DNA of 64,000 nt from an uncultured Anaeroplasmataceae bacterium (lineage in GTDB: Bacteria; Bacillota_I; Bacilli_A; Acholeplasmatales; Anaeroplasmataceae), in assembly GCA_947589245.1 (NCBI GenBank), contig CANQBD010000005.1, positions 7-64,006 on the forward strand, in the 5' to 3' direction. This document shows, in pieces, positions 37,087-46,777 of the stretch (position 1 is its first letter; the number at the start of each line of letters is the position of its first letter). A program made the position numbers and the translations under genes. The notes below the pieces were generated by a model, which ran no database searches, had not been told where the DNA came from, and saw only the letters and a program-made list of their open reading frames with translations.

Positions 37087-39378
37087 TTATTTTACCCGTT
37101 TATCCTTTCTTAAAAATTGCCATAAGCCTTTAAACAATTGACCATTTAGCATTTTAACTATGCCTGCCAATTGATAATTAGTTTTAGCTAGCCCCATTCC
37201 CATCAATCTAATTGGGCCAGTCAAAAAGGTATTTTTAGACATTTCATATTCTTCTTTAGTCTTGCTGCGCTTTTTTAAAGCCTTCAAACCAAAATAATTT
37301 AATATCCTACCAACAAAAGTATTTTTAATTTCAGCCATTGTGGAATTTATTGTATAGGGTTTTGTAACATAAATTAATTCAGGACTTTTACCATAAAGCT
37401 TTGCAAAATCATTTAATGTAATTTCATCAATATTTTTAAAAGTATTATAATTAGTATTAATTGAGTGATATTCTTTAGCATCAACTTTGTAATCTATTCT
37501 AAGCTTAATATCCCAAGATGAACTGCCAATAAGTAATTCATATTCGCCACCTGAAACTACAAAATCATGAGAGTCAAGATCATAAAATTCAAAATAATCA
37601 GCGTTGATTGGAAAACAAATTTCTTTTTCTTCTAAAGGATTTAGGCCAACTTTTACATAATTTTTTAATTCCTTCTTAGGCTTAAGAAGCTGATTATCTT
37701 TATAACTCACATAAAGTTCTATGACCTCTTTACCAAAATAATTACCTGTATTTTTTAATTTAAAATAAATATTATTATTTTTAATTTTTATATCACGATA
37801 TTCAAAGCAAGTATATGATAAACCATAACCAAAAGGAAATAGCGGAGTTATATTTGTTTTATCATAATAACGATAACCAACAAAAAGCCCTTCACGATAT
37901 ACACTATGATGCATATTACTAGCAAAATTTTTTGCATAACAATCATCAAGGCTTTTAAGCCAAGTCTCTGCCAAACGACCTGAAGGATTGACCTTATTAT
38001 ATAAAATATCAATTAAAGCTTGGGCAGCTGCTTCACCAGCTAAATAGGTTAATAATAAACCTTTAATATCATTGATAAATGGAAGCTCTACTACAGAACC
38101 AGTTGTCAAAACAACAATAACATTGGAATTAAGCAAAGTTATTTTTTTCAATAATTCTAAATCAGCTGTAGCAAGTTTTAAATCTGAACGATCCTTGCCT
38201 TCATTTTCTAACTCTTCTGGTAACCCCAAGAAAAATAAAATCTTGTTTGCTACCTTTATGCTATTTTCTTCAAAAGAATTTAGATACTTAAATTGACAGT
38301 TTTCCTTTTCAAAACAAGTAAGTACATCATCAACCTGCTTAGAATTAACACGACTACTACCAGAACCCTGAATTCGCATTTTTAAATTGCCAATTAACAA
38401 AACCTCTTCAGCTTTATTTAAAGGTAAAAGATTATCTTGATTCTTTAAAAGAACCATACTCTCAGCAGCTGCCTTTCTAGCAAGCTCATGATTATAGGCT
38501 GTACTGACTTGAACCTTTGGGCTGGCAAGCTTTAAATTAGCTTCTATTAATTTTAAAACAGCCTTATTTAAATCTTTTTCTAAAAGCTTGCCACTATTGA
38601 TGCCATCAATTACATCAACATAGCTTAAGCTGGCTGGCATTTCTAAATTTAAACCAGCTTGAATAGATGCCACCTTATCATTAACCGCACCCCAATCAGA
38701 AATAACGATACCATCATAATTCCATTTATTTCTTAAAACATCTGTCAGTAAAAATTTATTCTCAGCTGCATAAATTCCATTAATTTTATTATAGGAACAC
38801 ATGACAGCTAAGGGCTTACCAATCTTTAAAGCAAGTTCAAAAGGCTTTAAATAAATTTCAAAAAGAGTTCGTTCATCAACAATAGAATTATTGACCATCC
38901 GAGCATATTCCTGATTATTACAAGCAAAATGTTTTACGCAAGCCCCAACACCTAAACGCTCAATACCTTTAATGAAATTTCCACCAAGCCGGCCACTAAG
39001 AAGAGGATCCTCAGAATAATATTCAAAATTTCTACCACCTAGTGGAGACCGCTTAATATTAACTGCAGGCCCTAATAGCACATCGACATCTAAAGCTACA
39101 CATTCCTTAGCAATACCCTCGCCCACCTCAAATAAAAGGTCATCATCAAAGCTACAAGCTAAACATGAGGCTGTTGGAAAACAAGTTGCTTGGACTGATT
39201 CATTCAATCCTAAATGATCGGCTTCACCAACCTGTTTTCTTAGACCATGTGGTCCATCTGTCAACATCAAACTTCTTATCTCAGCAAAATCAAAGCTATG
39301 CCAAAAATCTTTACCAACTGTTAATTTGGCTTTTTGTTCTAAAGTTAAATTAGCTAAAATATCCTTACTTTTCATCAA
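37087..39378 (-). CDS. Glycoside hydrolase family 3 (beta-glucosidase/beta-xylosidase type)
   Basis: 763 aa with LTDGPHGLRKQ, GRNFEYYSEDP, VISDWGA (the nucleophile Asp context) and a C-terminal Fn3-like domain. Confidence 0.88.
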   Translation of the reverse strand: MMKSKDILANLTLEQKAKLTVGKDFWHSFDFAEIRSLMLTDGPHGLRKQVGEADHLGLNESVQATCFPTASCLACSFDDDLLFEVGEGIAKECVALDVDVLLGPAVNIKRSPLGGRNFEYYSEDPLLSGRLGGNFIKGIERLGVGACVKHFACNNQEYARMVNNSIVDERTLFEIYLKPFELALKIGKPLAVMCSYNKINGIYAAENKFLLTDVLRNKWNYDGIVISDWGAVNDKVASIQAGLNLEMPASLSYVDVIDGINSGKLLEKDLNKAVLKLIEANLKLASPKVQVSTAYNHELARKAAAESMVLLKNQDNLLPLNKAEEVLLIGNLKMRIQGSGSSRVNSKQVDDVLTCFEKENCQFKYLNSFEENSIKVANKILFFLGLPEELENEGKDRSDLKLATADLELLKKITLLNSNVIVVLTTGSVVELPFINDIKGLLLTYLAGEAAAQALIDILYNKVNPSGRLAETWLKSLDDCYAKNFASNMHHSVYREGLFVGYRYYDKTNITPLFPFGYGLSYTCFEYRDIKIKNNNIYFKLKNTGNYFGKEVIELYVSYKDNQLLKPKKELKNYVKVGLNPLEEKEICFPINADYFEFYDLDSHDFVVSGGEYELLIGSSSWDIKLRIDYKVDAKEYHSINTNYNTFKNIDEITLNDFAKLYGKSPELIYVTKPYTINSTMAEIKNTFVGRILNYFGLKALKKRSKTKEEYEMSKNTFLTGPIRLMGMGLAKTNYQLAGIVKMLNGQLFKGLWQFLRKDKRVK

Positions 39379-40312
39379 AATACCTTCTAATAAAGCCTTT
39401 TAATTCGGCATTCTTTAAGCAAAAAAGCTTATGTTTACTATAATTTAAATAGGCAAAAAATACATAGACACCAAAGACGATAAAGCTAATATCAATATCA
39501 AAAAAATATTTAAAAAATATCAGCAAGGATGACACTATAACAACTACAAAGATAGTATAAAAAAACGATAACAAAATGTTGAGTGGTAATTTATATTTAG
39601 AATATCTAAATAGCATGGCAAAAATATAAAAGCCTAGCAAAAAAGGAGCATTTATTGAAATACCTGATATATAAAAGTTGTCAAATCCATACAAGCAATA
39701 AGCAAAAAGTCCCACTCCCATAACCACATTAACAGGATAAATCCATTTTTTAGGAATAAAAGTAAGTAACAAAAGACCCAAGATGCCTAATAATAAATAA
39801 CCATAATTAGATTTCAAATTTAAATTTAAAATTTTTAATCCATAACATAATAAAAAAATTGTCATAATGGTATATAACCCAATGATTAAAAAAGGATGAT
39901 TATAGCTTTTCTGTACTTCTTTAACTAAATATTTATATTCATCTAAATAATTACCACGATAATAATCAGCAAAATTAATATCTTTAAAATCAACATAATA
40001 ATTATCAATTTTAAAAGCTTTAAATTCTTTTATATCACTATCATCAATAATCAAAAAAATAATTTGCTTATGATATTTACGAGCTATTTTAACTTGCGTA
40101 AGCACCCAATTATTTATTAAAACTTGTTTACTTAAAAGACAAAGTACACATTTACATTCAGCTATCTTTTTGGTAATAGTAGTTTGCCAATTCTGTCCTT
40201 GAGGAATTAATTGATCAAACCAAACCTGATAGCCATTATTTTTAAGGATTTTATAATATTCAATTGCTTTAGCACGATTATGTACTTTGTAAGAAATAAA
40301 AATCTCGTCCAT
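39365..40312 (-). CDS. TIR-domain protein fused to a polytopic membrane domain
   Basis: 315 aa. Residues 1-125 look like a bacterial TIR_2 domain: IFISYKVHNRAKAIEYYKILKNNGYQVWFD, CVLCLLSKQVLINNWVLTQV and IIFLIID. About six hydrophobic helices follow. Its stop overlaps the GH3 start by 14 nt. Confidence 0.7.
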   Translation of the reverse strand: MDEIFISYKVHNRAKAIEYYKILKNNGYQVWFDQLIPQGQNWQTTITKKIAECKCVLCLLSKQVLINNWVLTQVKIARKYHKQIIFLIIDDSDIKEFKAFKIDNYYVDFKDINFADYYRGNYLDEYKYLVKEVQKSYNHPFLIIGLYTIMTIFLLCYGLKILNLNLKSNYGYLLLGILGLLLLTFIPKKWIYPVNVVMGVGLFAYCLYGFDNFYISGISINAPFLLGFYIFAMLFRYSKYKLPLNILLSFFYTIFVVVIVSSLLIFFKYFFDIDISFIVFGVYVFFAYLNYSKHKLFCLKNAELKGFIRRYFDEK

Positions 40313-40351
40313 ATTACAAACTCCTTTATAATATCTTACAATATTTTAAGC

Positions 40352-40387
40352 AAAAAAGGTAGCCTTTTTCATAAAAAGCTACCTTTT
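40352..40387 (-). terminator. Terminator of the 40406-40795 gene, just upstream of the TIR gene
   Basis: A long hairpin aaaaggtagc...gctacctttt with a T-run on the minus strand. Confidence 0.75.
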
Positions 40388-40405
40388 CCAAATGATTGGT
40401 AATTA

Positions 40406-40795
40406 TTATTCAGCTGGCTGACTATCCTTTGAACTAATGTAATCAAATGCTAAGATTAAAGCAATAAAAACAAGACCAACAATCAAAGTCAAAACCCAAG
40501 CAAGTGTTATGTTTTCGTTGTGTAAAACTAAAAATCTTATTCCTAGTGGTAAAAATTGATAAACAACTGCTAACCCATACATCATAAAAGGTGTATTACC
40601 TTTTTTATAAGGTCTAAATGCCACTAAAGCACCTACTCCAATCAACAATAATAAGCCTAATCCTTTAGCTGTATAATAAACAATCAAACCATCATTAGCT
40701 TCAATTTTATTATTCATATCCATAACAAATATTAAAGCTACAGAAACTACTAATACCAAAAATAAAACAAATAAACTATAAAATTTTCCTTTCAT
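40406..40795 (-). CDS. Hypothetical four-TM membrane protein
   Basis: About 129 aa from the ATG after RBS agaggtga. It has four hydrophobic segments and no recognised family. Confidence 0.5.
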   Translation of the reverse strand: MKGKFYSLFVLFLVLVVSVALIFVMDMNNKIEANDGLIVYYTAKGLGLLLLIGVGALVAFRPYKKGNTPFMMYGLAVVYQFLPLGIRFLVLHNENITLAWVLTLIVGLVFIALILAFDYISSKDSQPAE

Positions 40796-40936
40796 TTCTT
40801 CACCTCTCGAATAGAACATTATTTATATTGTTATTATAGCATATTTACCAAAATATACAAGTTTTATTTATGCACCTTTAATACCGAATACTCCCTAAAA
40901 AAGCTTCATCTTTTGTCAATTTCATTAGCACATTTA

Positions 40937-42387
40937 TTACCATTCTACCACATTGCCATTACTATCATAATGCCAATAATGTCCATTATCACTAGGTTCA
41001 ATATTACTATAATAATATCTAGTAGCATTTATTAAACAATCATTACCTGAATCTATTTCAATAGATTCCCAATCTTCTATACTTCCATTATAATATATTT
41101 TATCTAAGCTATCACAACCCCAGAAAGCATAAAATTCTATACTTGTTACCTTATTTTCTATTGTAATATTTTTTAAATTACTGCAAACATAGAACGCCAT
41201 CTCCCTATACTTGTTACACTATTACCTATTGTAATAGAGGTTACATTATTAAATTCACAAAATTGATAATTACCTATTTCAGTTATCGTATTTGGTATTT
41301 CTATACTTGTTACTTCTTCCCAATTATTATCTTTTCTTAAATAAAAATGTTCTGCATAAAACATCGGATTAGAATTATAATAGGAACTTTCAAACTGTAT
41401 TTTGCACCAATCTTCTATCGTTCCATTATAATATACTTTATCTAAGCTACTGCAATTATAAAAAGCTCGACTTCCAAAACTTGTAATACCATTGCCTATT
41501 ATAATACTTGTTAAATTACTACAATTGTGGAAGGCATTATCTCCTATAATTGTTACACTATTTGGTAATATAATACTTGTTAAACTACTACAACCATAAA
41601 AAGCTCGACTTCCTATGCTTGTCACACTACTTCCTATTTTAATACTTTTTAAATTACTACAACCATAGAATGCCATTTCTCCTATATTTATTACACTATC
41701 AGGTATTGTAATATTAGTTAAATTGCTACAATAATCAAAAGCATAATTGCAAATAAGCTTTGCTGTATCAGAGATCTTTATTTCCTCTATATCATTGTTT
41801 TTAACTTCTACTAATACCAATGTTAAGTTTTCTTCATTTCCCAAGTATAAGCCGTTTTCATGTTCATTATATTTTAAATTACTGCAAAAACGGAAAGCAT
41901 CATATCCTATGCTCGTTATACCACTTCCTATTTTAATACTTTTTAAATTACTACAACCATAGAAAGCATTATTTCCTATACTCATTACACTATCAGGTAT
42001 TGTAATATTAGTTAGACTAACACAATTAGAAAAAGCATAATCCCCTATATTTATTACACTATCAGGTATTGTGATGTTTATTAAACTACCATAATCTTCA
42101 AAAGCATTATCTCTTATGCCAATTACTGGTAGATTATTATACTTTTTTGGTATTACTACTTCTTTTAGACTAGTATCTTTCAAACCACCAACTTCATATC
42201 CAATCGTTACATAATTATTTTTTATTTCATAAAATATCAAATTAGAAGGTTCTTGATCTGAATTATTACTATCAGGTACATCCGGTGTATTTGGCTCTAC
42301 TGGGTCTCCACCAAAACAGCTAGTTAATGTAAAAAGCACTATAATAGTAAATAGTACTATTAACCATCTTCTTTTTTTCCTAATCAT
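40937..42387 (-). pseudogene. BspA-like leucine-rich-repeat (LRR_5 type) surface lipoprotein, interrupted by a -1 nt frameshift
   Basis: The 404-aa and 87-aa ORFs are two halves of one repeat protein. The repeat units are IPDSV(I/M)xIGxxAFxxCSNL. The break falls at the coding-strand GGG tract (41203-41205): SIG|R.. versus the expected SIGEMAFY seen in other units. The N-terminus has a lipobox, LFTLTSC. Confidence 0.75.
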
Positions 42388-42415
42388 AATTATTCTTCCT
42401 AACTTTTTTAAATTT

Positions 42416-42442
42416 AACCACCTATCATAGTAATAGGTGGTT
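42416..42442. repeat. Palindromic hairpin element, copy A
   Basis: aaccacctat-catagta-ataggtggtt, followed by ttagtttttt. Confidence 0.85.
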
Positions 42443-42531
42443 TAGTTTTTTAGAAAAATTCTTGTATGAAATGGAAAACATTGTAAAAAACTTAAAAAAA
42501 TGATAAAATTTAGCATAGATTATTAAAATTT

Positions 42532-42558
42532 GACCACCTATTACTATGATAGGTGGTC
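42532..42558. repeat. Palindromic hairpin element, copy B (reverse complement of copy A, including the loop)
   Basis: gaccacctat-tactatg-ataggtggtc. The loop is the exact reverse complement of the copy A loop. Confidence 0.85.
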
Positions 42559-42706
42559 ATTTTAAGTTATAATGAAAAAATGTTGTTATAAGTATTGCTT
42601 TTATTTCACAAAAAATTTATATTACTAAATACTCCATAAAGCTTATCTTCAGTTAATTTAATTAGACTTGCATTCAAAAGGTTATTTTATCTCTAATTTT
42701 AAGCAA

Positions 42707-42738
42707 ATAAAAAAGGTACCATCTTAAAGGTACCTTTT
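42707..42738 (-). terminator. Rubrerythrin terminator
   Basis: aaaaggtacc-atcttaaa-ggtacctttt. Confidence 0.8.
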
Positions 42739-42753
42739 ATCATCACTCTGATT

Positions 42754-43296
42754 TTACTTGCCAAAATAGCGCTTTAATAAACCCTCAAAGGCTCTACCAT
42801 GACGAGCTTCATCACGTCCCATTTCATGAACGGTATCATGAATAGCATCTAAATTAAGTTTCTTAGCTCTTAAAGCCAAATCCAACTTACCAGCAGTTGC
42901 ACCATTTTCAGCAGCAACTCTTAACTCCAAGTTCTTCTTAGTTGAAGGTGTTACTACTTCCCCCAAAAGCTCAGCAAATTTAGCAGCATGTTCTGCTTCT
43001 TCCCAAGCCGCCTTTTCATAATACATACCTACCTCAGAATAACCTTCACGATATGCCACTCTAGCCATTGCTAAATACATACCTACCTCAGAACATTCAC
43101 CTTCAAAATTACATCTTAAATCATGAATGATATCTTCTGGAGCTCCTTTTGCAACTCCAACCTCGTGTTCACAAGCCCAAGTTAAATCATCTTTTTGTTC
43201 TTCAAATTTACTTGCTGGAGCATGACAAACAGGACACTCTGCTGGTGCACTATCTCCTTCATGAACATAACCACAAACCTTACAAACGTACTTCAT
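42754..43296 (-). CDS. rbr: Reverse rubrerythrin (N-terminal rubredoxin-like domain plus ferritin-like di-iron domain)
   Basis: [31 protein letters not shown] is followed by two EEAEH/DEARH-type di-iron motifs. The start is at the ATG after RBS aaggag. Confidence 0.88.
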   Translation of the reverse strand: MKYVCKVCGYVHEGDSAPAECPVCHAPASKFEEQKDDLTWACEHEVGVAKGAPEDIIHDLRCNFEGECSEVGMYLAMARVAYREGYSEVGMYYEKAAWEEAEHAAKFAELLGEVVTPSTKKNLELRVAAENGATAGKLDLALRAKKLNLDAIHDTVHEMGRDEARHGRAFEGLLKRYFGK

Positions 43297-43678
43297 ATTC
43301 TTTCTCCTTTTTTTCACATTTTTGACATAAACCATAGAAGGTTAAGTCACATTTTTTAATTTGATGCATTCCGTATTGTTTAGCCTTTTTTAATAAGTCT
43401 GCTTCATCAAAACTATAATCGATTATTTCTCCACATTTTTCACAAACAAAATGACAATGTTCCTCTTTAATAGTTTCTAAAACATCTCCACTCGCAATTT
43501 TAACTCTTTTAATTTTATTCTCTTCTAATAAAATATTCACATTGCGATAAATAGTAGCTAAAGAAATATTCTCATTATGCATCTTTAAATATTCTATTAA
43601 GGTTTCAATAGAGGCATGACCTAATTCGGCCAAAGCATCATAAACTATTTTTCTTTGATTAGTATTTCTTCTTTGCAT
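43280..43678 (-). CDS. perR: Fur family transcriptional regulator (PerR-like)
   Basis: 132 aa with [33 protein letters not shown] and CQKC. It lies directly upstream of rubrerythrin and overlaps it by 17 nt. Confidence 0.8.
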   Translation of the reverse strand: MQRRNTNQRKIVYDALAELGHASIETLIEYLKMHNENISLATIYRNVNILLEENKIKRVKIASGDVLETIKEEHCHFVCEKCGEIIDYSFDEADLLKKAKQYGMHQIKKCDLTFYGLCQKCEKKEKEYEVRL

Positions 43679-43689
43679 GACCTCACCTA

Positions 43690-43706
43690 TTAAGAATAAT
43701 TCTTAA
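43690..43706. promoter_or_regulatory. Perfect 8-1-8 palindrome, a candidate Fur-family (PerR) box
   Basis: ttaagaat-a-attcttaa lies 12 bp upstream of the perR start codon. Confidence 0.55.
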
Positions 43707-43784
43707 TAAGATTATATCAAATATTTCCAATAAGTCAACTAAAAAAATAAAAAAAACACCTAAATATCTAGATGTTTAATAAAA

Positions 43785-44228
43785 TTATCTTTCAATAATA
43801 ATTTGTTCACCAGGAATTAATAATTTCTTTTCATTAAGCTTTAATAATTCAATTGGTGATATTTGATACTTAGCTAAAATATCTTCTACGCTATCGCCTA
43901 AGCTTACAATATGGATTTTACCTTTTTTAATAGGTACTGATTGATTAGGCATAACCTTTAAATTAGAAATATCCTTTAATGACAGATTGTATTTATCAAT
44001 GATATTTTGGACACTGTCAGTCGATTTAGTTGTGTAATTTGTTCCTTTAGGAATAAATAATATTTGATTAGGATAAATCATATTAGAAACAAGATGATTA
44101 ACATTCTTTAATTCATCTACTGATACACCATATTTTTTAGCAATCATATATAAAGAATCATTCTGCTTTACAACGTACTGCTCTAAACTACTAAGTTGTG
44201 GATTATAATAATTCATTTTTAATTTCAC
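43785..44228 (-). CDS. LysM domain protein (three LysM repeats)
   Basis: 147 aa. YVVKQNDSLYMIAKKYGVSVDELKNVN is the first LysM unit, and two more LysM-like units follow. Confidence 0.8.
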   Translation of the reverse strand: MKLKMNYYNPQLSSLEQYVVKQNDSLYMIAKKYGVSVDELKNVNHLVSNMIYPNQILFIPKGTNYTTKSTDSVQNIIDKYNLSLKDISNLKVMPNQSVPIKKGKIHIVSLGDSVEDILAKYQISPIELLKLNEKKLLIPGEQIIIER

Positions 44229-44264
44229 CCATTAATATAAATATGTAAAAATAAAGACCTATTA

Positions 44265-44915
44265 CTAGGCTTTTACCCATTTAATAGGCTCAACATTATT
44301 TGCTATTAAAAAATCATTAGTTTTCGAAAATGGCTTAGAGCCAAAAAAACCACGATAAGCTGAAAGAGGTGATGGATGAGGAGAAGTTAATATTAAATGA
44401 TGGGGATTATTGAGAAATGCTCTTTTACTAATAGCATTTCTACCCCAAAGAATAAAAACAATTGGCTGATCTAAAGTATTTAAATATTTAATTACATTAT
44501 CAGTAAAAATTTCCCAACCAAGATTTTGATGTGATAAAGCTTGACCATTTCTAACTGTCAAAATCGTATTTAATAATAAAACACCTTGCTTAGCTAAATA
44601 ATCTAAATTACCATCTTGTATTACTTCTACCCCTAAATCACTACTCATCTCTTTATAAATGTTTACCAATGAAGGCGGTAATTCAGAACATAAAACAGAA
44701 AAAGCTAACCCATGAGCTTGATTGATTTCATGATACGGATCCTGTCCTAAAATAACAACCTTAACTTTATTTAAAGGTGTGGCACTAAAGGCATGAAAAA
44801 TTTTAGAATAATCAGGATGACATTTATATTTTTGATACTCATTTTGAATAATGCTTTTAAGCCTTATAAAATATTCTTTATCTCGTTCATCATCAATAAA
44901 ATCTTTCCATTCCAT
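44265..44915 (-). CDS. ung: Uracil-DNA glycosylase
   Basis: 216 aa with VILGQDPYH, GVLLLN and SPHPSPLSA. Confidence 0.95.
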   Translation of the reverse strand: MEWKDFIDDERDKEYFIRLKSIIQNEYQKYKCHPDYSKIFHAFSATPLNKVKVVILGQDPYHEINQAHGLAFSVLCSELPPSLVNIYKEMSSDLGVEVIQDGNLDYLAKQGVLLLNTILTVRNGQALSHQNLGWEIFTDNVIKYLNTLDQPIVFILWGRNAISKRAFLNNPHHLILTSPHPSPLSAYRGFFGSKPFSKTNDFLIANNVEPIKWVKA

Positions 44916-44969
44916 AATAATCAGCCCTTCTTTAGTCCAATTGTACCATAAATTATAAAAGTTTAAAAT

Positions 44970-44999
44970 AAAAAATAGGTCTAGAAAAGCCTAGACCTA
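44970..44999 (-). terminator. gap terminator
   Basis: taggtctag-aaaagc-ctagaccta with a T-run on the minus strand. Confidence 0.8.
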
Positions 45000-45011
45000 T
45001 CATTATTTATA

Positions 45012-46043
45012 TTACTTTAATTCAGCAAAATACTTAATTGTACGAACCATTTGGCTTGTGTAAGAATTTTCATTATCATACCAAGAAACAACTTGAACTT
45101 GATATAAATCCTCACCAACTTTTGCTACCATTGTTTGAGTAGCATCAAATAAAGAACCAAATCTCATACCAATAACATCTGAAGAAACAATTGGATCTTC
45201 AGTGTAACCGAATGATTCAGAGGCAGCAGCCTTCATAGCCGCATTGATACCTTCAACAGTTACATCCTTGCCCTTAACAACTGCAGTTAAAATAGTTGTA
45301 GAACCTGTAACAACAGGAACACGTTGAGCAGAACCAATTAGCTTACCATTTAATTCAGGGATAACTAAGCCAATTGCCTTTGCAGCACCAGTTGAGTTTG
45401 GAACAATATTAGCTGCACCAGCACGTGCTCTTCTTAAATCACCTTTTCTATGTGGACCATCAAGAATCATTTGATCACCAGTATAAGCATGAATAGTACT
45501 CATAATACCAGATTGAATAGCAGCATACTTATTTAAAGTATTAGCCATTGGTGCTAAACAGTTAGTTGTACAAGAAGCTGCAGAAATGATATTATCACCC
45601 TTAGATAAAGTCTTTTCGTTTACACCAAATACGATTGTAGGTAAATCATTACCAGCTGGAGCTGAAATAACAACCTTCTTAGCACCTGCATCAATATGAG
45701 CTTGAGCCTTTTCCTTCTTAGTATAGAAACCTGTACATTCTAATACAACATCTACACCTAATTTTCCCCAAGGTAAATTTACAGCATCCTTTTCAGCATA
45801 AATAGTGATAGTCTTGCCATCAACAGTAATTGAGCCTTCTCCTGCTTCTACTGTGTGTAGATGTTCACCAAGACGTCCACAATATCCACCTTGTGCTGTG
45901 TCATACTTTAATAAGTTTGCTAACATCTTTGGTTCAGTTAAGTCGTTAATTGCAACGATTTCATAACCAGCAGCACCAAACATCTGTCTAAAAGCTAAAC
46001 GTCCGATACGACCAAAGCCGTTAATTGCTACTTTAATAGCCAT
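45012..46043 (-). CDS. gap: Type I glyceraldehyde-3-phosphate dehydrogenase
   Basis: 343 aa with [18 protein letters not shown] and WYDNE. Confidence 0.97.
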   Translation of the reverse strand: MAIKVAINGFGRIGRLAFRQMFGAAGYEIVAINDLTEPKMLANLLKYDTAQGGYCGRLGEHLHTVEAGEGSITVDGKTITIYAEKDAVNLPWGKLGVDVVLECTGFYTKKEKAQAHIDAGAKKVVISAPAGNDLPTIVFGVNEKTLSKGDNIISAASCTTNCLAPMANTLNKYAAIQSGIMSTIHAYTGDQMILDGPHRKGDLRRARAGAANIVPNSTGAAKAIGLVIPELNGKLIGSAQRVPVVTGSTTILTAVVKGKDVTVEGINAAMKAAASESFGYTEDPIVSSDVIGMRFGSLFDATQTMVAKVGEDLYQVQVVSWYDNENSYTSQMVRTIKYFAELK

Positions 46044-46191
46044 AATTATAAATTCCTCCTAAAATTGAATTTTTACATCTAATATTTTACCACTTAAATT
46101 TTTTATTATCAATATTTTTAAAGTCGACATTTTAAAACAAAATTATGTAAACGTTTTTGTTATTATTTAATCGAAAGGAAAAGGTGAAACT

Positions 46192-46761
46192 ATGACATAC
46201 ATTCCTTATGTACTAGAAAAAAGCTCTAGTGGTGAAAGAAGTTACGATATTTATTCAAGATTGATGCAAGATAGAATTATATTATTAGTCGGTGAAATAA
46301 ACGACAATCTTTCCGCAGTTATTATTTCCCAACTATTATATTTAGATTCCATCAGTCATGAGGATATTGACATTTACATCTCTTCTCCAGGTGGTGCAAT
46401 AACAGCTGGATTAGCTATCTATGACACAATTCACTACATTAAATCAAAGGTAAATACAATTGTTGTTGGTATGGCAGCCTCAATGGCTGCTTTCCTTCTA
46501 GCAAGTGGTACAGGCAAAAGAAAAGCCCTTCCTAATGCTGAAATAATGATTCATCAGCCTTATGGCGGTATGGAGGGCGTTGTCTCAGATATTGATATTC
46601 AAGCTAAAAGGCTTCTTAGAACAAAAGCCCAAATGAACAGCATGCTAGCTAAATTGTGTAATCAACCTGTTGAAAAGATAGCTCATGACACAGAACGGGA
46701 TTATTATATGTCAGCTATAGAAGCTAAAGAATATCATATAGTTGATGAAATCCTATCATAA
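46192..46761 (+). CDS. clpP: ATP-dependent Clp protease proteolytic subunit
   Basis: 189 aa with [21 protein letters not shown] (catalytic Ser) and MIHQP. Confidence 0.95.
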   Translation: MTYIPYVLEKSSSGERSYDIYSRLMQDRIILLVGEINDNLSAVIISQLLYLDSISHEDIDIYISSPGGAITAGLAIYDTIHYIKSKVNTIVVGMAASMAAFLLASGTGKRKALPNAEIMIHQPYGGMEGVVSDIDIQAKRLLRTKAQMNSMLAKLCNQPVEKIAHDTERDYYMSAIEAKEYHIVDEILS

Positions 46762-46777
46762 GCGATAGGATTTTTTT
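46751..46777 (+). terminator. clpP terminator
   Basis: tcctatc-ataagc-gatagga followed by seven Ts. Confidence 0.8.

Noticed and set aside
46146-46159. A cre-like sequence, tgtaaacgtttttg, between gap and clpP.
   Set aside because: Only the left half matches the CcpA cre consensus (TGWAANCGNTNWCA); the right half does not. I also looked for a CtsR direct repeat (GGTCAAA-N3-GGTCAAA) upstream of clpP and did not find one.
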